DNA of 64,000 nucleotides from Terriglobia bacterium (lineage in GTDB: Bacteria > Acidobacteriota > Terriglobia > 20CM-2-55-15): assembly GCA_965198225.1 (NCBI GenBank), contig CBDAOY010000005.1, forward strand, positions 320,001 to 384,000. The letters run 5' to 3'. Within the stretch, counting starts at the first letter, position 1. Every line of letters begins with the position of its first letter. A program made the position numbers and the translations under genes. Below are positions 10,178 to 20,630 of this stretch, one piece after another. The notes under the pieces were generated by a model. It was not told the DNA's origin. It worked only from the letters and a program-made list of their open reading frames with translations, and did not search any database.

Positions 10178-10339
10178 CCACGGAGGCACAGAGGTCTTGG
10201 AGGGTAGGGTCGTTCACCGACTTTTCTGCTGTAGTGAACACCCGGGGACAGGGCCAGGCCCCTGTCCCCCTCACGTCCGTTCTCTCACGGCACCGTACGC
10301 GCACCGAAAAACCTCCGTGCCTTCGTGTCTCCGTGGTTA
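10176..10339. repeat. family A repeat enclosing a family E unit (GGGGACAGGGC..GCCCTGTCCCC hairpin)
   Basis: aaccacggaggcacagagg ... cacccggggacagggccaggccctgtccccctcac ... ctccgtgccttcgtgtctccgtggtt. Confidence 0.8.
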
Positions 10340-10486
10340 ATCCCCTGCCGAGCCAATGCGGGTTGACTCGGTTTCAGCTCTTGTGTAACCTAACTTGTTG
10401 CAGGACGGCCACTAAGCGATGAAACACTCGCTTGCCGAGCCCGCCTGACCGGTCCCGCGCCAAGTACTCAACCGCGACATCTGGGG

Positions 10487-12331
10487 GTGTCTTCCTTGGT
10501 TCCTTACCACCGCATTCCTGCTCTCTCACTGATTATTGCGCTCTCGCTCGTCTCGGCGTGTTCGGGGACGAGGCGATCGTCCGCACGTCCGGTGCCGCCC
10601 CCACCGGTCGAGACCGCGAAAGCGGACACGCAGCCGCAGCCGGCCCCGAGGGATTCGCGAGTTGGTCCCGCCTCCGAAGTCCTTGTCCGGGCGGAAGCGC
10701 TCGAGTCGCGAGGAGCGGACTTGCTCCGGGCCGGGTTCGTCGAACGAGCCCGCGAGGAATTCGAGGCGGCCCTCGGTCTGCTCCGGGACTATTCGAGGCA
10801 AGCTCCCGGCAACTTCCGGATCGAACGGGAGATTGATTTTCTGCAAGTCCGAATCGCGACGCTGGAGACCGCTCAGAGGACCGAACGAGCCGCTATCGAC
10901 GACCTCGCGGGCATCGAGGCCTCCTCCGAAAACCTTGATCCCGGGCTGCGAGCTCGGGCGCGGACCGATGTCGAGGAAACGACCTACGATTTCCCCGTCG
11001 AGATCAACGACCGCGTGCTGTCGATGCTGGATTACTACACCGCGGGACGGGGTCGGAGCACCATCGAAGCCGGCCTCGAGCGAATCGGGCTCTACCGCTC
11101 GCTGATCGAGCGGATATTCGCGGAAGAAGGGGTGCCCCTGGACTTGATCTACCTGGCTCAGGCGGAGAGCGTCTTCAAGCCCAAGGCGCTCTCCAGCGCC
11201 AAGGCAAAGGGGATGTGGCAGTTCATATCGTCGCGTGGGAAGGAATACGGCCTGCGGCAGAACTGGTGGATCGATGAGCGATCAGACCCGCAGAAATCGA
11301 CGCGGGCAGCCGCGCGACACCTGAAGGATCTCTACGACCAGTTCGGGGACTGGTACCTTGCGATGGCGGCGTACAACTCGGGACCCGCCCGCGTCAGCCG
11401 GGCGATGAGACAGGCTGGTGCGTCCGACTTCTGGACCCTGTCGGAGCAGCGCCGGCTTCCTCGGGAAACGAGAAACTACGTCCCGACCATCATCGCGATG
11501 ACTATCATCGGGAAGCATCCGGACCGCTACGGGTTCGATGTCATCCCGGCCGAAAGCATCGATGCCGAGCGCGTCCGGGTCAACCTGGCAACGGACCTTC
11601 GGGTCATCGCTGATTATCTGGACCTGCCGCTGGAGCGGATACAGGAACTCAACCCCCATGTTCTGCGTTGGGCTACACCTCCCGGCGACAGTGAATTCGA
11701 ACTGAACCTGCCGATAGGGTACGGCAAGCCCTACTTCGCGAAGGTGGCCGGGTTAGCCGAGGAGAAACGCATCCTTTTCCGCCATCACATCGTCAGCAGC
11801 GGGGAAACCCTTTCCCACATCGCGCTGCGGTACGGCATTTCGGTGGGGGCGATCACCGACGCGAACAAGATCTCGGAACGACGGATCATCAGGATTGGTC
11901 AGTCCCTGGTGATTCCGATCAGTGGTCTGCCCGTCCCGGCTAACGCTTTCACGAGGGTTTCGCCGCCTGATCGGATCGCGGCTCCCCCGTCCACCCTCTA
12001 CCGAATAAGGAGGGGCGATACCCTGTCTGAGATCGCGGAAAGGTACGGCATTCCCATCGCGGACATCAGAGCTTGGAACGACATGTCTTCCAACCGGCTG
12101 ATCGCAGGCCGCACCCTGCGACTTGCTCCACAGCCGGCCATCGTCACGGGGTCCAAGGTTTCGGCTGAAGGGACCCGCAGAGTGGTCTACCTTGTCCGCC
12201 CGGGCGACACACTCAGTGGGATCGCGTCGTCGCACAACACCTCGGTGGCCGAAATCCGGGAGTGGAATCGAGAATCCGACCTCTCCATCATCCGTCCTGG
12301 AGATCCGATTACAATCTATAGAAAACGATGA
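10487..12331 (+). CDS. mltD: lytic transglycosylase with three LysM domains (MltD-like lipoprotein)
   Basis: Lipobox LVSAC, YLAQAES, AKGMWQF, AAYNSG, ETRNYVP, three GDTLS/GETLS LysM repeats. Confidence 0.9.
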   Translation: MSSLVPYHRIPALSLIIALSLVSACSGTRRSSARPVPPPPVETAKADTQPQPAPRDSRVGPASEVLVRAEALESRGADLLRAGFVERAREEFEAALGLLRDYSRQAPGNFRIEREIDFLQVRIATLETAQRTERAAIDDLAGIEASSENLDPGLRARARTDVEETTYDFPVEINDRVLSMLDYYTAGRGRSTIEAGLERIGLYRSLIERIFAEEGVPLDLIYLAQAESVFKPKALSSAKAKGMWQFISSRGKEYGLRQNWWIDERSDPQKSTRAAARHLKDLYDQFGDWYLAMAAYNSGPARVSRAMRQAGASDFWTLSEQRRLPRETRNYVPTIIAMTIIGKHPDRYGFDVIPAESIDAERVRVNLATDLRVIADYLDLPLERIQELNPHVLRWATPPGDSEFELNLPIGYGKPYFAKVAGLAEEKRILFRHHIVSSGETLSHIALRYGISVGAITDANKISERRIIRIGQSLVIPISGLPVPANAFTRVSPPDRIAAPPSTLYRIRRGDTLSEIAERYGIPIADIRAWNDMSSNRLIAGRTLRLAPQPAIVTGSKVSAEGTRRVVYLVRPGDTLSGIASSHNTSVAEIREWNRESDLSIIRPGDPITIYRKR

Positions 12332-12562
12332 GCGCCCGCACGATCGCCGGTGTCATTAGTTCATAGAGGTGGGTGCCACCCCGACTCTCCGGGCTCGCGC
12401 GTGCTGACAGCCTTTAGATATAATGGTTTAGAGGCCTGCCCTGGCGTTCCGGCCGGACTCCAGGGGGCCGTGGCGATGGCGAGGGGACCCCGCAATGGAC
12501 GTTGGTCCGATACCGCCTGATCCCGGGCAGGAAAACTTTGTAATTTTTCTGTAATTTCTCAT

Positions 12563-12590
12563 TTAACCTTTCTCGATCAGGGGCGTCAAA
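12563..12590 (+). promoter_or_regulatory. putative ECF-type autoregulatory promoter
   Basis: AAC(12565)-N16-CGTC(12584) just upstream of the ECF sigma start. Confidence 0.5.
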
Positions 12591-12601
12591 ACTACCTGAT
12601 C

Positions 12602-13225
12602 ATGGACACACTTACCTTGAAGAGGGCTCCGCGGCGCGAGGGGAATTCGGAAGAAGAGCGGCTTCTGGTCCAGCAGGCCCAGAGCGGCGATCGTGAAGCT
12701 TTCGAACAGTTGGTTTACCGCCACGACCGTGATATCTTGCGCCTAGCATTTCATATGCTTGGCAATCGGGAGGAGGCTCAGGACGTCTTCCAGGAGACGT
12801 TTCTCAAGGCTTATCGCTCCCTGGCGCGATTTCGCTCTGATTCCAGTTTTTACACCTGGATTTACCGGATCGCGACCAACGTGGCCCTGGATCGTCTCCG
12901 CAAGCGGCAAACGTTACGCGAGGAGATTTCCTACGAAGCCGACACTGCGGCCAATCCCGACCGCCCGGCTCTCAAGGACACGCTGGAAGAAAAAAGCTAC
13001 TACAGCAATCCCGAGCGTCGCCTCTACGGTCGAGAGGTCGGCGCAAAGATTCAGGAGGCCCTCAAAACACTCTCCGAAAAGGAAAGACTGGTCTTCGAGT
13101 TGAGGCATTACCAGGGATTGAGACTAAGAATGATCGGGGAGATCATGGGAAGCACCGAGGAAACTGCGAAGAACTACCTGTTCCGGGCAACCCAGAAACT
13201 CCGTGCTTATCTGTCCCGGATTTGA
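12602..13225 (+). CDS. ECF sigma-70 factor
   Basis: GDREAFEQLV, AQDVFQETFLKAY, FYTWIYRIATN, region 4 at C-terminus. Confidence 0.95.
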   Translation: MDTLTLKRAPRREGNSEEERLLVQQAQSGDREAFEQLVYRHDRDILRLAFHMLGNREEAQDVFQETFLKAYRSLARFRSDSSFYTWIYRIATNVALDRLRKRQTLREEISYEADTAANPDRPALKDTLEEKSYYSNPERRLYGREVGAKIQEALKTLSEKERLVFELRHYQGLRLRMIGEIMGSTEETAKNYLFRATQKLRAYLSRI

Positions 13226-13230
13226 AGAGC

Positions 13231-14157
13231 ATGAACTGTCTAGACCGCGAACACGATATCGTCCTCTTTCTTTACGACGAATTGCCGGAAGGACGGCGAA
13301 GCGAGCTCCGCGCTCACATGGACACTTGTGAGTCCTGCCAGCGCTTCCATGAGAATGAGAAACAGCTGCATTTCAGCCTGACCGAAGACTTCTCCGACTG
13401 GGAAGTTCCCTCCGACCTTCTGGTCGAGTCTCGACGAACGCTGTCGGAGGAATTGGATCGGATCGACGCGCGCCGCTCGTGGTGGCACCTGCCGTCGATG
13501 GCGCCGGTCTTCTCTCGCATGCGCCTGCTGGAATCCGCGGCGCTGGTTTCGATCGGACTGGCGCTAGGCGTTTACGTCATGGCTCAGCGCCCGGCCGCTC
13601 CGTCCCTTCCTCCCCCAACCCAGCAAGTCCTGGTCAACCCGATCCCGCAGAATGCCTCAGTTTCCAACCTCCGAATCATCGATTCCGACCTCTCAACCGG
13701 CCAGATTCAACTCGCCGGCGAGATGGTTCAGCCGATGCAGCTGCAGGGCAACCTGCGGGATGAAAACGTTCGGCGCCTCCTCTTCGGTGCTCTGCAATCG
13801 AGAAGCAACCCCGGGTTCCGGCTGCGGGCCGTCGAGCTGCTGGCCCAGGATCCACGTGATGCCAGCGTGAAAGATGTATTGATCGGCGCTCTGTTGAACG
13901 ACGAGAACGCCGGAGTACGGCTCTACGCTCTGCAGGGCTTGAAAGAATTTGCTTCCGACGAAGACGTCCGCCGGGCCCTGATCTATGCGCTCGAAAACGA
14001 CGGCAATGCGGGGGTTCGCGTCGAGGCAATCGAGGCTTTGATGCCGCTGACCCAGGATGAAGGCATGGGAGAGATCATCCAGGCAGCGACGCGAGAAGAC
14101 GAGAACGCATACGTCCGGATGAAGGCGTTGCAGTTCGTGGGGACGGGTAACCAATGA
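13231..14157 (+). CDS. zinc-finger (HxxxCxxC) anti-sigma factor with TM segment and HEAT repeats
   Basis: AHMDTCESC; TM helix; repeated NPGFRLRAVELL / NAGVRLYAL / NAGVRVEAI. Confidence 0.85.
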   Translation: MNCLDREHDIVLFLYDELPEGRRSELRAHMDTCESCQRFHENEKQLHFSLTEDFSDWEVPSDLLVESRRTLSEELDRIDARRSWWHLPSMAPVFSRMRLLESAALVSIGLALGVYVMAQRPAAPSLPPPTQQVLVNPIPQNASVSNLRIIDSDLSTGQIQLAGEMVQPMQLQGNLRDENVRRLLFGALQSRSNPGFRLRAVELLAQDPRDASVKDVLIGALLNDENAGVRLYALQGLKEFASDEDVRRALIYALENDGNAGVRVEAIEALMPLTQDEGMGEIIQAATREDENAYVRMKALQFVGTGNQ

Positions 14158-15296
14158 AGATCGGTTTGAAGCGTTCTGTCTGGCGCACCTCCCAGGTCAT
14201 AGTTTCGATTCTCGCCCTCCAGTCCCTGGCTCTCGCCCGATGCCCGATCCCGGAAAACGGATCCCTGTTCGTTCGAGCACCGCTGGGTAACCTGTTGATC
14301 GACACTTCCGCGTCCGGGTTTGTCGAGGTCGAAGTCTCGAACTCGGCTATTGAAGTCGAGGAGAACTGTTTCGAAGATCACGTCGAAGTGGGCGGCACGG
14401 CTCCGGCCCAGTTTTACGGACCCGTCGACTGGCAGATCCTGGTGCCCGGTTCCGTCGACCTTGATCTCATCACCTTCGCCGGAGGCATTCGGGTCTCGAC
14501 TACCGCAGGGAACGTCACTCTGCGCACCACGGGGGGTTCAGTCGTCACGGGGAACATCGGAGGGACGGCTGCCATGATCACCCAGGGCGGCTCGATCCTC
14601 GTCGGTAACATCGGCGGCGATGCGGAGCTGAGAAGCCTGGGTGGACAGATCGAGATCGGCGACGTCACCGGGAACGCGGAGTTGGAAACGCTGGGCGGTC
14701 CGATCACGACGGGAACCATCGCGGGGCAGGTCCGCGCAGAAACGGCCGGCGGAACGATCAGAATCTCGGAAAGCCAGGGGGATCTCAACGCCGTGACACT
14801 GGCCGGTGATATCGTCATCGGAACCGCGAGCCGTACGACCGTTCAGACGGCCGGTGGAAACATCATCGGACTGGTGATTCATGGCCCGTTCCAGGGTTTT
14901 ACCGAGCTGGGGAACATCCGGCTCGATCGGGCCGAGGCTTCCGTCGAAGCAACGTCCGGCATGGGAGACATCCAGGCTCAACTGGCGCCAACTTCCTTCG
15001 ATGGGGATCTCCATGTCACGCTGAGGACGACCTCAGGCAACATCCGCCTCGACATTCCCGAGAACCTCCCGGCCGACATCGAGGCTGTCGTCGACCGCTT
15101 GATCGTCCAGGAGCAGCGCATCCGCTCCGATTTTCCGCTCCGTAACGTCGGTTCAAACAGCAACACCACGACCTTCGGCCAGCGCTTTACGGTCGCCCCG
15201 GTCATACGGAACACCACTGTCCTGAACGGCGGCGGCAACCCGATCAAAGTCCAGACATCCCGGGGCACCATCGAGATCCGCCGAATCCGCCAGTAA
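14154..15296 (+). CDS. DUF4097 beta-strand repeat exported protein
   Basis: Signal peptide; repeating TxGGxI motifs; C-terminal IKVQTSRGTIEI. Confidence 0.8.
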   Translation: MKIGLKRSVWRTSQVIVSILALQSLALARCPIPENGSLFVRAPLGNLLIDTSASGFVEVEVSNSAIEVEENCFEDHVEVGGTAPAQFYGPVDWQILVPGSVDLDLITFAGGIRVSTTAGNVTLRTTGGSVVTGNIGGTAAMITQGGSILVGNIGGDAELRSLGGQIEIGDVTGNAELETLGGPITTGTIAGQVRAETAGGTIRISESQGDLNAVTLAGDIVIGTASRTTVQTAGGNIIGLVIHGPFQGFTELGNIRLDRAEASVEATSGMGDIQAQLAPTSFDGDLHVTLRTTSGNIRLDIPENLPADIEAVVDRLIVQEQRIRSDFPLRNVGSNSNTTTFGQRFTVAPVIRNTTVLNGGGNPIKVQTSRGTIEIRRIRQ

Positions 15297-15335
15297 CACC
15301 TGTCCCGTCCGTCAACACTAAATCCAAGACCGTTT

Positions 15336-15560
15336 TAACCACGGAGGCACGGAGATTCTGATGTCGGGAGAATTGTGTCAATGAACTCCGGGCCTCCGCG
15401 TTTCTGTCGTCAAGGCGAATCTTGGATTTGGCGCCCGCGCTACGGGAACCGACGCCGGCCGTAGTGGCACAACCAAACTACGGCAAAACAACTTTTTCCA
15501 GCCACAGAGGCACGGAGGCCATTGACTCAAAGACTCCGTGCCTTTGTGCCTCCGTGGTTA
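15336..15560. repeat. two family A repeats between convergent genes
   Basis: aaccacggaggcacggag...ctccgggcctccgcg and ccacagaggcacggagg...ctccgtgcctttgtgcctccgtggtt. Confidence 0.8.
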
Positions 15561-15579
15561 ATTCCTTCTATTGCCTCGG

Positions 15580-18297
15580 TTAGTTCGTTCCCCTGAGGAT
15601 GGCGATCTTGGCCGTGGAGGGGCTGAGGTATCTGGCGGCGACCGATTGGACGAAATCCAGGCCGACGAGCTGGATGTTGCCGCTGAAATCATCAACTGCC
15701 GAAACGCCGGTGCCCGCGTAAACCGAGCGCGCGTAGGCCAGAACGCGTCCCAGACGGGTCTGGAGCTGGATTTCATGGGCGCCAACGGAATAGTTGATAC
15801 CCTTCTGAAGTTCGTCTTCGGTGATCCCGTCCGCAATCAGCCGTTTGATCTCCGCCTCCAGCGACTCGAGCACCTGCGCTTCGTTCGCCGGCGAAAAGGC
15901 CGTGTAGGTAAACACGGCACCGGCCTTGGCCAGCGGGACATCCGACGCCATAACGGTGTAGGCAAGACCCTGCTGCTCGCGGATCGTCTCGAAGAAACGC
16001 CCGCCCAGGCCCGAAACGACATTTCCAAGTACCTTCAGCGCAAACCGATCCGGATTCGAGTTCGTCGGCCCGACGAAACCGTAGACGAGGGCCGTCTGCA
16101 GCCTGGAGGCTGACTCGACGTTCTCCTCACGCTCCAGGTCGACGTCGGGGATCGGCAGCGAGGAGATGTCGCGCTCAAACAGATCCTCGTTGGTCAACGC
16201 TTCTGCGATCGAAGCCACCAGCCCGGTGCCCTGCGTGTCGCCGACGATCACGATGAGAGGAACCAGCGTTCGCTGATGGAGCTGATGCCACTCGGCCAGG
16301 TTTTCCCGGGTCAGGGATCGAAGCGCCTCTTCGATGCCGACCGCCGGACGGGCATAGGAGTGCCCGTCAAAGACGGTGGACATGAACAGCTGCACGGGGT
16401 AGCGAAGATTGTCCTCGCGGAGCTTGCTGATTCGAGCCTGCTGCAGGCTGCGCTCGAGTTCCACCTCTTCGTCGGGAAACGCCGGCTCCTGGAGGATCTC
16501 GATCAGAATCTCCAGCGCCTGGCCCATCTGTCCGCTGACGCCGTCCAGGATGTAACCGAAGAAATCCTGTTCGTTGACGACCTGGATCCGAGCGCCTGCG
16601 TTTTCAAGGCGACGTCCGATGTCGGAGGTGTTGTACCGGCGGGTGCCCCGCAACGCACTGCGCAACATCAACTCGGTGATGCCCGCATTCGTCGCGGACT
16701 CGTAGAGACGCCCTCCGGGATAAAAGATCCCGAACGAAACCAGCGGCAACCGATGGTCCTCCAGAACATACACATCGGGGCCCCGGAGGATCGAACTTCG
16801 GACGACCGGCCGCACGAGGTCTTGAACGAGCTCCTGGTCCAGAAGCCGCACCTCGGCCGTAACAGGCAGTTCTTCCACAGACCGCTCGATCACTGCCTGA
16901 CCCACCAGCCGGAGCACATTCTCGCGAAAATCCGCGTCGGAGAACGATCGGGTCACCGACGCGGGCAGGTACTCGAACAGGCCGAGGTTCTCATTACCAA
17001 GGTAGGCGTTAGCGACGCGAGAGACGTCGGAGGCCGTCACACTCAGGATGCCGGGCAGGTACCCGTCCATGCGCTTCCAGTCGCCGAGCGCCTCGTGACG
17101 CGACAGTGCGTCGGCGATGCCGTCGACCGTCTCGAGTCGATGGTAGAACTCCTGGGCCAGGAGAGCCTTCGCCCGGGCCAGTTCCTCGCCGGTCACCCCG
17201 AACTGTCTGACCTGCTCGATCTCGGCCAGTGCCGCGATCTCCGCATCGACGGGCGATGCCGCGGTTTCCAATGCGATCTCGAAATAGCCGAGGTCTCTGA
17301 AACCGGACAGCGAAGCGGAAGCGCTGATGATGATGCCCTGTTCATCGCGGAGAAACCGGTTCATCCGGGATGCCCGTCCCATGGTCAGAATCGAGCGGAG
17401 GACCTCGATCGTGTGGCGGTCATCGGAGCGGGCGTCGGGAACATGGTAGCCGATCGCAATGTGGCTCTGCTCGTGGCTTCCACGCTGCCAGTTGTACCGG
17501 AAGCTTTCCTGGGGTCCTTCCGAAGGGGCGGAATCCCTTTCAACGGTCGTGTCCTCGGCGTCCCCGTAGACCCGGATGACTTGCTCCAGCAACTCTTCCC
17601 GCTCGAACCGGCCGACGAGAGTCAGGATGATGTTCGACGGCTGGTAGTACTTCCTGTAGTAGGCAACGATGTCGTCACGCGTCAGCGCCCGCAGCCCCTC
17701 GGCGCTGCCGATTCGCCATCGCCGCATTCGATGACTGCGGAACGCCGTCTCATACAACTTCTCGGACGCCACCGCAGGCGGGTTGTCAAGCTTTCGGTCG
17801 TTCTCCTGCAGGACTACTCCGATCTCGCGAGCGAGTTCTTCGGCATCGAGTGTCGGGTTCCACAGCGCATCGGCCTGGATGTCCATCGCGGCGACGGTGT
17901 TCTCGGCCGGGACGACGGCCCGGTAGACGGTACGGTCGTAAGCGGTATAGGCGTTCAGGAAACCTCCAAGGGCCTTGGTTTCCTTCGCAATCTGGCCGAC
18001 CGGCCTCTTGGGCGTCCCTTTGAAGAACATGTGCTCGATCACGTGGGAGATCCCCGAGATCCGATCGGGCTCGTCGAAGTACCCCACCTTGACGTGGGTA
18101 GTCACGCTGGTCAACGGGATGGCGTTCTGCTCTCGAACGATCACGGTCAGACCGTTCTGCAGGATGACTTTCGTCGTCTGTCCGACGTCTTCTCGAAAAA
18201 TATAAGGTCCCACGATTTCTCCGGCTATAGGTACTTCAGGAATCGGTATCGGCAGCTGCGGAATGACCTGCAGGAAAAGAAGGAAAGCGAGAAACAT
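15580..18297 (-). CDS. M16 family zinc peptidase (pitrilysin-like)
   Basis: GISHVIEHMFFKGT (HxxEH), NAYTAYDRT, IREQQGLAY. Confidence 0.92.
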   Translation of the reverse strand: MFLAFLLFLQVIPQLPIPIPEVPIAGEIVGPYIFREDVGQTTKVILQNGLTVIVREQNAIPLTSVTTHVKVGYFDEPDRISGISHVIEHMFFKGTPKRPVGQIAKETKALGGFLNAYTAYDRTVYRAVVPAENTVAAMDIQADALWNPTLDAEELAREIGVVLQENDRKLDNPPAVASEKLYETAFRSHRMRRWRIGSAEGLRALTRDDIVAYYRKYYQPSNIILTLVGRFEREELLEQVIRVYGDAEDTTVERDSAPSEGPQESFRYNWQRGSHEQSHIAIGYHVPDARSDDRHTIEVLRSILTMGRASRMNRFLRDEQGIIISASASLSGFRDLGYFEIALETAASPVDAEIAALAEIEQVRQFGVTGEELARAKALLAQEFYHRLETVDGIADALSRHEALGDWKRMDGYLPGILSVTASDVSRVANAYLGNENLGLFEYLPASVTRSFSDADFRENVLRLVGQAVIERSVEELPVTAEVRLLDQELVQDLVRPVVRSSILRGPDVYVLEDHRLPLVSFGIFYPGGRLYESATNAGITELMLRSALRGTRRYNTSDIGRRLENAGARIQVVNEQDFFGYILDGVSGQMGQALEILIEILQEPAFPDEEVELERSLQQARISKLREDNLRYPVQLFMSTVFDGHSYARPAVGIEEALRSLTRENLAEWHQLHQRTLVPLIVIVGDTQGTGLVASIAEALTNEDLFERDISSLPIPDVDLEREENVESASRLQTALVYGFVGPTNSNPDRFALKVLGNVVSGLGGRFFETIREQQGLAYTVMASDVPLAKAGAVFTYTAFSPANEAQVLESLEAEIKRLIADGITEDELQKGINYSVGAHEIQLQTRLGRVLAYARSVYAGTGVSAVDDFSGNIQLVGLDFVQSVAARYLSPSTAKIAILRGTN

Positions 18298-18346
18298 ACC
18301 ATTAGTTTACCCCACCCGAACACGCTGGCTCGAAGCAAGGCTTCCT

Positions 18347-18428
18347 TTTCACCACGGAGGCACAGAGGCACGGAGGTTCTCGATGAAATCCGAATCAGAT
18401 GCTCCGTGCCTCCGTGCCTCCGTGGTCA
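18347..18428. repeat. family A repeat overlapping the 3' end of tsaE
   Basis: caccacggaggcacagaggcacggagg...ctccgtgcctccgtgcctccgtggt. Confidence 0.85.
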
Positions 18429-18838
18429 ATCTCCAGTCGTCTTGTGTGGTCGTCGACGTAGGTCAGGGAAACACGTGTGGCGGGGCCGGGGTCGAAGTTG
18501 CCGAGACGTTCGGCCCATTCCACGACCACCGCGGCCGCGGGTTCATCGAACATGTCTTCCAGGCCCAGATCGTCGAGCTCGCCTGACTCGATGCGGTAGA
18601 GGTCGACATGGTAGATCGGTATCCGCGCCGCGTACTGATTGACGAGCGTGAAGGTCGGGCTGGATACGTCGTCGACGTCGTCCAGACCCAGACCGGCGGC
18701 CAACCCCTTCGTGAACGTTGTCTTCCCGGCTCCGAGTTCACCGAAGAGCAGGACGTGAACGGGCAGTTCCAGCGTGCCGGCCAGTTCCCGGGCAAACTCG
18801 AATGTCTGCTCTTCGGATTTGGACAAAAAGCTGGTCAT
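18395..18838 (-). CDS. tsaE: tRNA t6A biosynthesis ATPase
   Basis: GELGAGKT, VSSPTFTL, HVDLYR, VVEW. Confidence 0.95.
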   Translation of the reverse strand: MTSFLSKSEEQTFEFARELAGTLELPVHVLLFGELGAGKTTFTKGLAAGLGLDDVDDVSSPTFTLVNQYAARIPIYHVDLYRIESGELDDLGLEDMFDEPAAAVVVEWAERLGNFDPGPATRVSLTYVDDHTRRLEIDHGGTEARSI

Positions 18839-18847
18839 CGGATTCTA

Positions 18848-18980
18848 TTTTCACCACGGAGGCGCGGAGGCACGGCGGGTAACGGACAGGACCTCGGGGA
18901 GTTCAGGCACTGCGGCAAATCAAGCGAAATACGGAGCACCAAACCCGACCGACTGCCTCAACTCCGTGCCTCCGTGGTTA
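18848..18980. repeat. family A repeat
   Basis: caccacggaggcgcggaggcacgg ... ctccgtgcctccgtggtt. Confidence 0.8.
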
Positions 18981-18983
18981 GAA

Positions 18984-20558
18984 TCAATCGCCCCGGAGTT
19001 CCCGCCAAGCCTCGGGCAGGAACCCGATGATGTCGGTGGCGACGAGGGATTCTTCCCCGAGTTCCGAGGCGGCGATGTCCCCGGCCAATCCGTGAAGGTA
19101 GACGGCGAGACAGAGACGCTCTTCTAAACCGCCCAGATGCGGCTGACCCAGGATGCCGGCTATCATTCCGGTCAGGATGTCTCCGCTTCCGGCAGTCGCC
19201 ATGCCGGCATTTCCAGTCGGGTTCACGAAGGCGGTGCCGTCCGGACACGCGATGACACTGCGGAAACCCTTCAGAACGACGTAGACGTCGTGTTCACGGG
19301 CAAAGTCACGGGCCACTTCCAGCCGATTTCGACCGATGTAAGCGACATCCTTCCCGTTGAGCCGAGCCATTTCTCCGGGGTGGGGAGTGACGATGACGCC
19401 ACCCTCAGTCCCGCGTAGCTCGGCATCGTGCCCCTCGAACGCGTTCAATCCGTCGGCATCCAGAACAACCGGGACTGAAAGACGAGTGAGCAGGCTTCGG
19501 ACCAGTTCAGCTGTTTCCGGATGTCGGCTGATTCCCGGCCCGAGCGCCACTATCGACTTTCCGGCGACCACCGTCTCCAGCCGCCCATCGTCGAGCACAG
19601 TCAGGGAGAGGGTCCCTGCATCTGTCTCCGGAAGCGGCTCGGTCATCACCTCCGCCATGTGTCCAGCTATCGTCGAAAGCACGCCCTCGGGGCCGGCGAC
19701 GGTCACCAACCCGGAGCCGGACTGAAGCGCCGCCTGTCCGGCCATCGCTGCCGCCCCAGCCTTGCCCCGAGATCCACCGATGACCAGAACCTTGCCATAG
19801 TCCCCTTTGTTCGTGTCCGGATCCCTGGTGTAGGCAGCGTCGGGAAAACTGTCGGGCAGGAGCAGGTTGACGTTCAGGCTTGGATCGTCGAACAGCTCGC
19901 GCGGGTTTCCGATGTCGGCGATCACGACCTCGCCGGCCATCTCATGAGCCGGGGCAAACACCAGGCAGAATTTCGGGGCCGACAACGTCACGGTCAAGTC
20001 CGCATCGACGGCGGGACCGGCAAGATCCGCGCTGTCGGCGGCACATCCGGAAGGCAGGTCGATCGACACGATCATCGCTGCCGGGAAGTCGTCCCTCATC
20101 GATTCAACGACGTTCCGCAACAACCCCTCGACCGGTTTGGACAGGCCTGTCCCCAGTAGTGCGTCCACGACAATGTCCGCGTCGATGATTTCCAGACGCT
20201 CCTGATTCCATTCTTCCTCCCTCTGGATCTGGACCGGCGGATATCCGATCGCAGCCAGTATGTCCAGATTCGTCTTTGCGTCACCGGTGACCTCGGAGGG
20301 CGAAGCGAACAGGAAGACCGCGGGGAAACAGCCACGCTGCATCAACTGCCTGGCAACGACAAAGCCGTCACCGCCGTTGTTCCCTTTGCCGCAAAGAATG
20401 GCCACCGACCGGGCCTCGAGCCCTTCCACGCGCGCATCGATGGCCTCGACGACGCGCATGCCCGCATTCTCCATCAGAATGCTTCCGGCAATGCCGAACC
20501 TCTCAATCGATATGCGGTCGATCTCGCGGATCTCGGCTGAAGTGAGGATCTTCGTCAA
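18984..20558 (-). CDS. nnr: bifunctional NAD(P)HX epimerase/dehydratase
   Basis: LMENAG, CGKGNNGGDG, VDALLGTG, DADGLN, TPHPGE, MATAGSGD; start uncertain (TTG 20558). Confidence 0.93.
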   Translation of the reverse strand: MTKILTSAEIREIDRISIERFGIAGSILMENAGMRVVEAIDARVEGLEARSVAILCGKGNNGGDGFVVARQLMQRGCFPAVFLFASPSEVTGDAKTNLDILAAIGYPPVQIQREEEWNQERLEIIDADIVVDALLGTGLSKPVEGLLRNVVESMRDDFPAAMIVSIDLPSGCAADSADLAGPAVDADLTVTLSAPKFCLVFAPAHEMAGEVVIADIGNPRELFDDPSLNVNLLLPDSFPDAAYTRDPDTNKGDYGKVLVIGGSRGKAGAAAMAGQAALQSGSGLVTVAGPEGVLSTIAGHMAEVMTEPLPETDAGTLSLTVLDDGRLETVVAGKSIVALGPGISRHPETAELVRSLLTRLSVPVVLDADGLNAFEGHDAELRGTEGGVIVTPHPGEMARLNGKDVAYIGRNRLEVARDFAREHDVYVVLKGFRSVIACPDGTAFVNPTGNAGMATAGSGDILTGMIAGILGQPHLGGLEERLCLAVYLHGLAGDIAASELGEESLVATDIIGFLPEAWRELRGD

Positions 20559-20630
20559 GGGAGGGCTACCTGAAAACGAAAAGGACGCAGAGCCCACATC
20601 GGCCCTGCGTCCTTGATTGCGTCGAATGGA

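Noticed and set aside
12434-12531. tRNA-Sec, SRP RNA or fluoride riboswitch
   Set aside because: No TCA anticodon arm or TTCGA loop, no SRP GGAA tetraloop motif, and only GGCGATGG matches the fluoride aptamer.
16276-18642. 788-aa plus-strand ORF and many other long antisense ORFs
   Set aside because: Shadows of real genes in GC-rich DNA, with no motifs.
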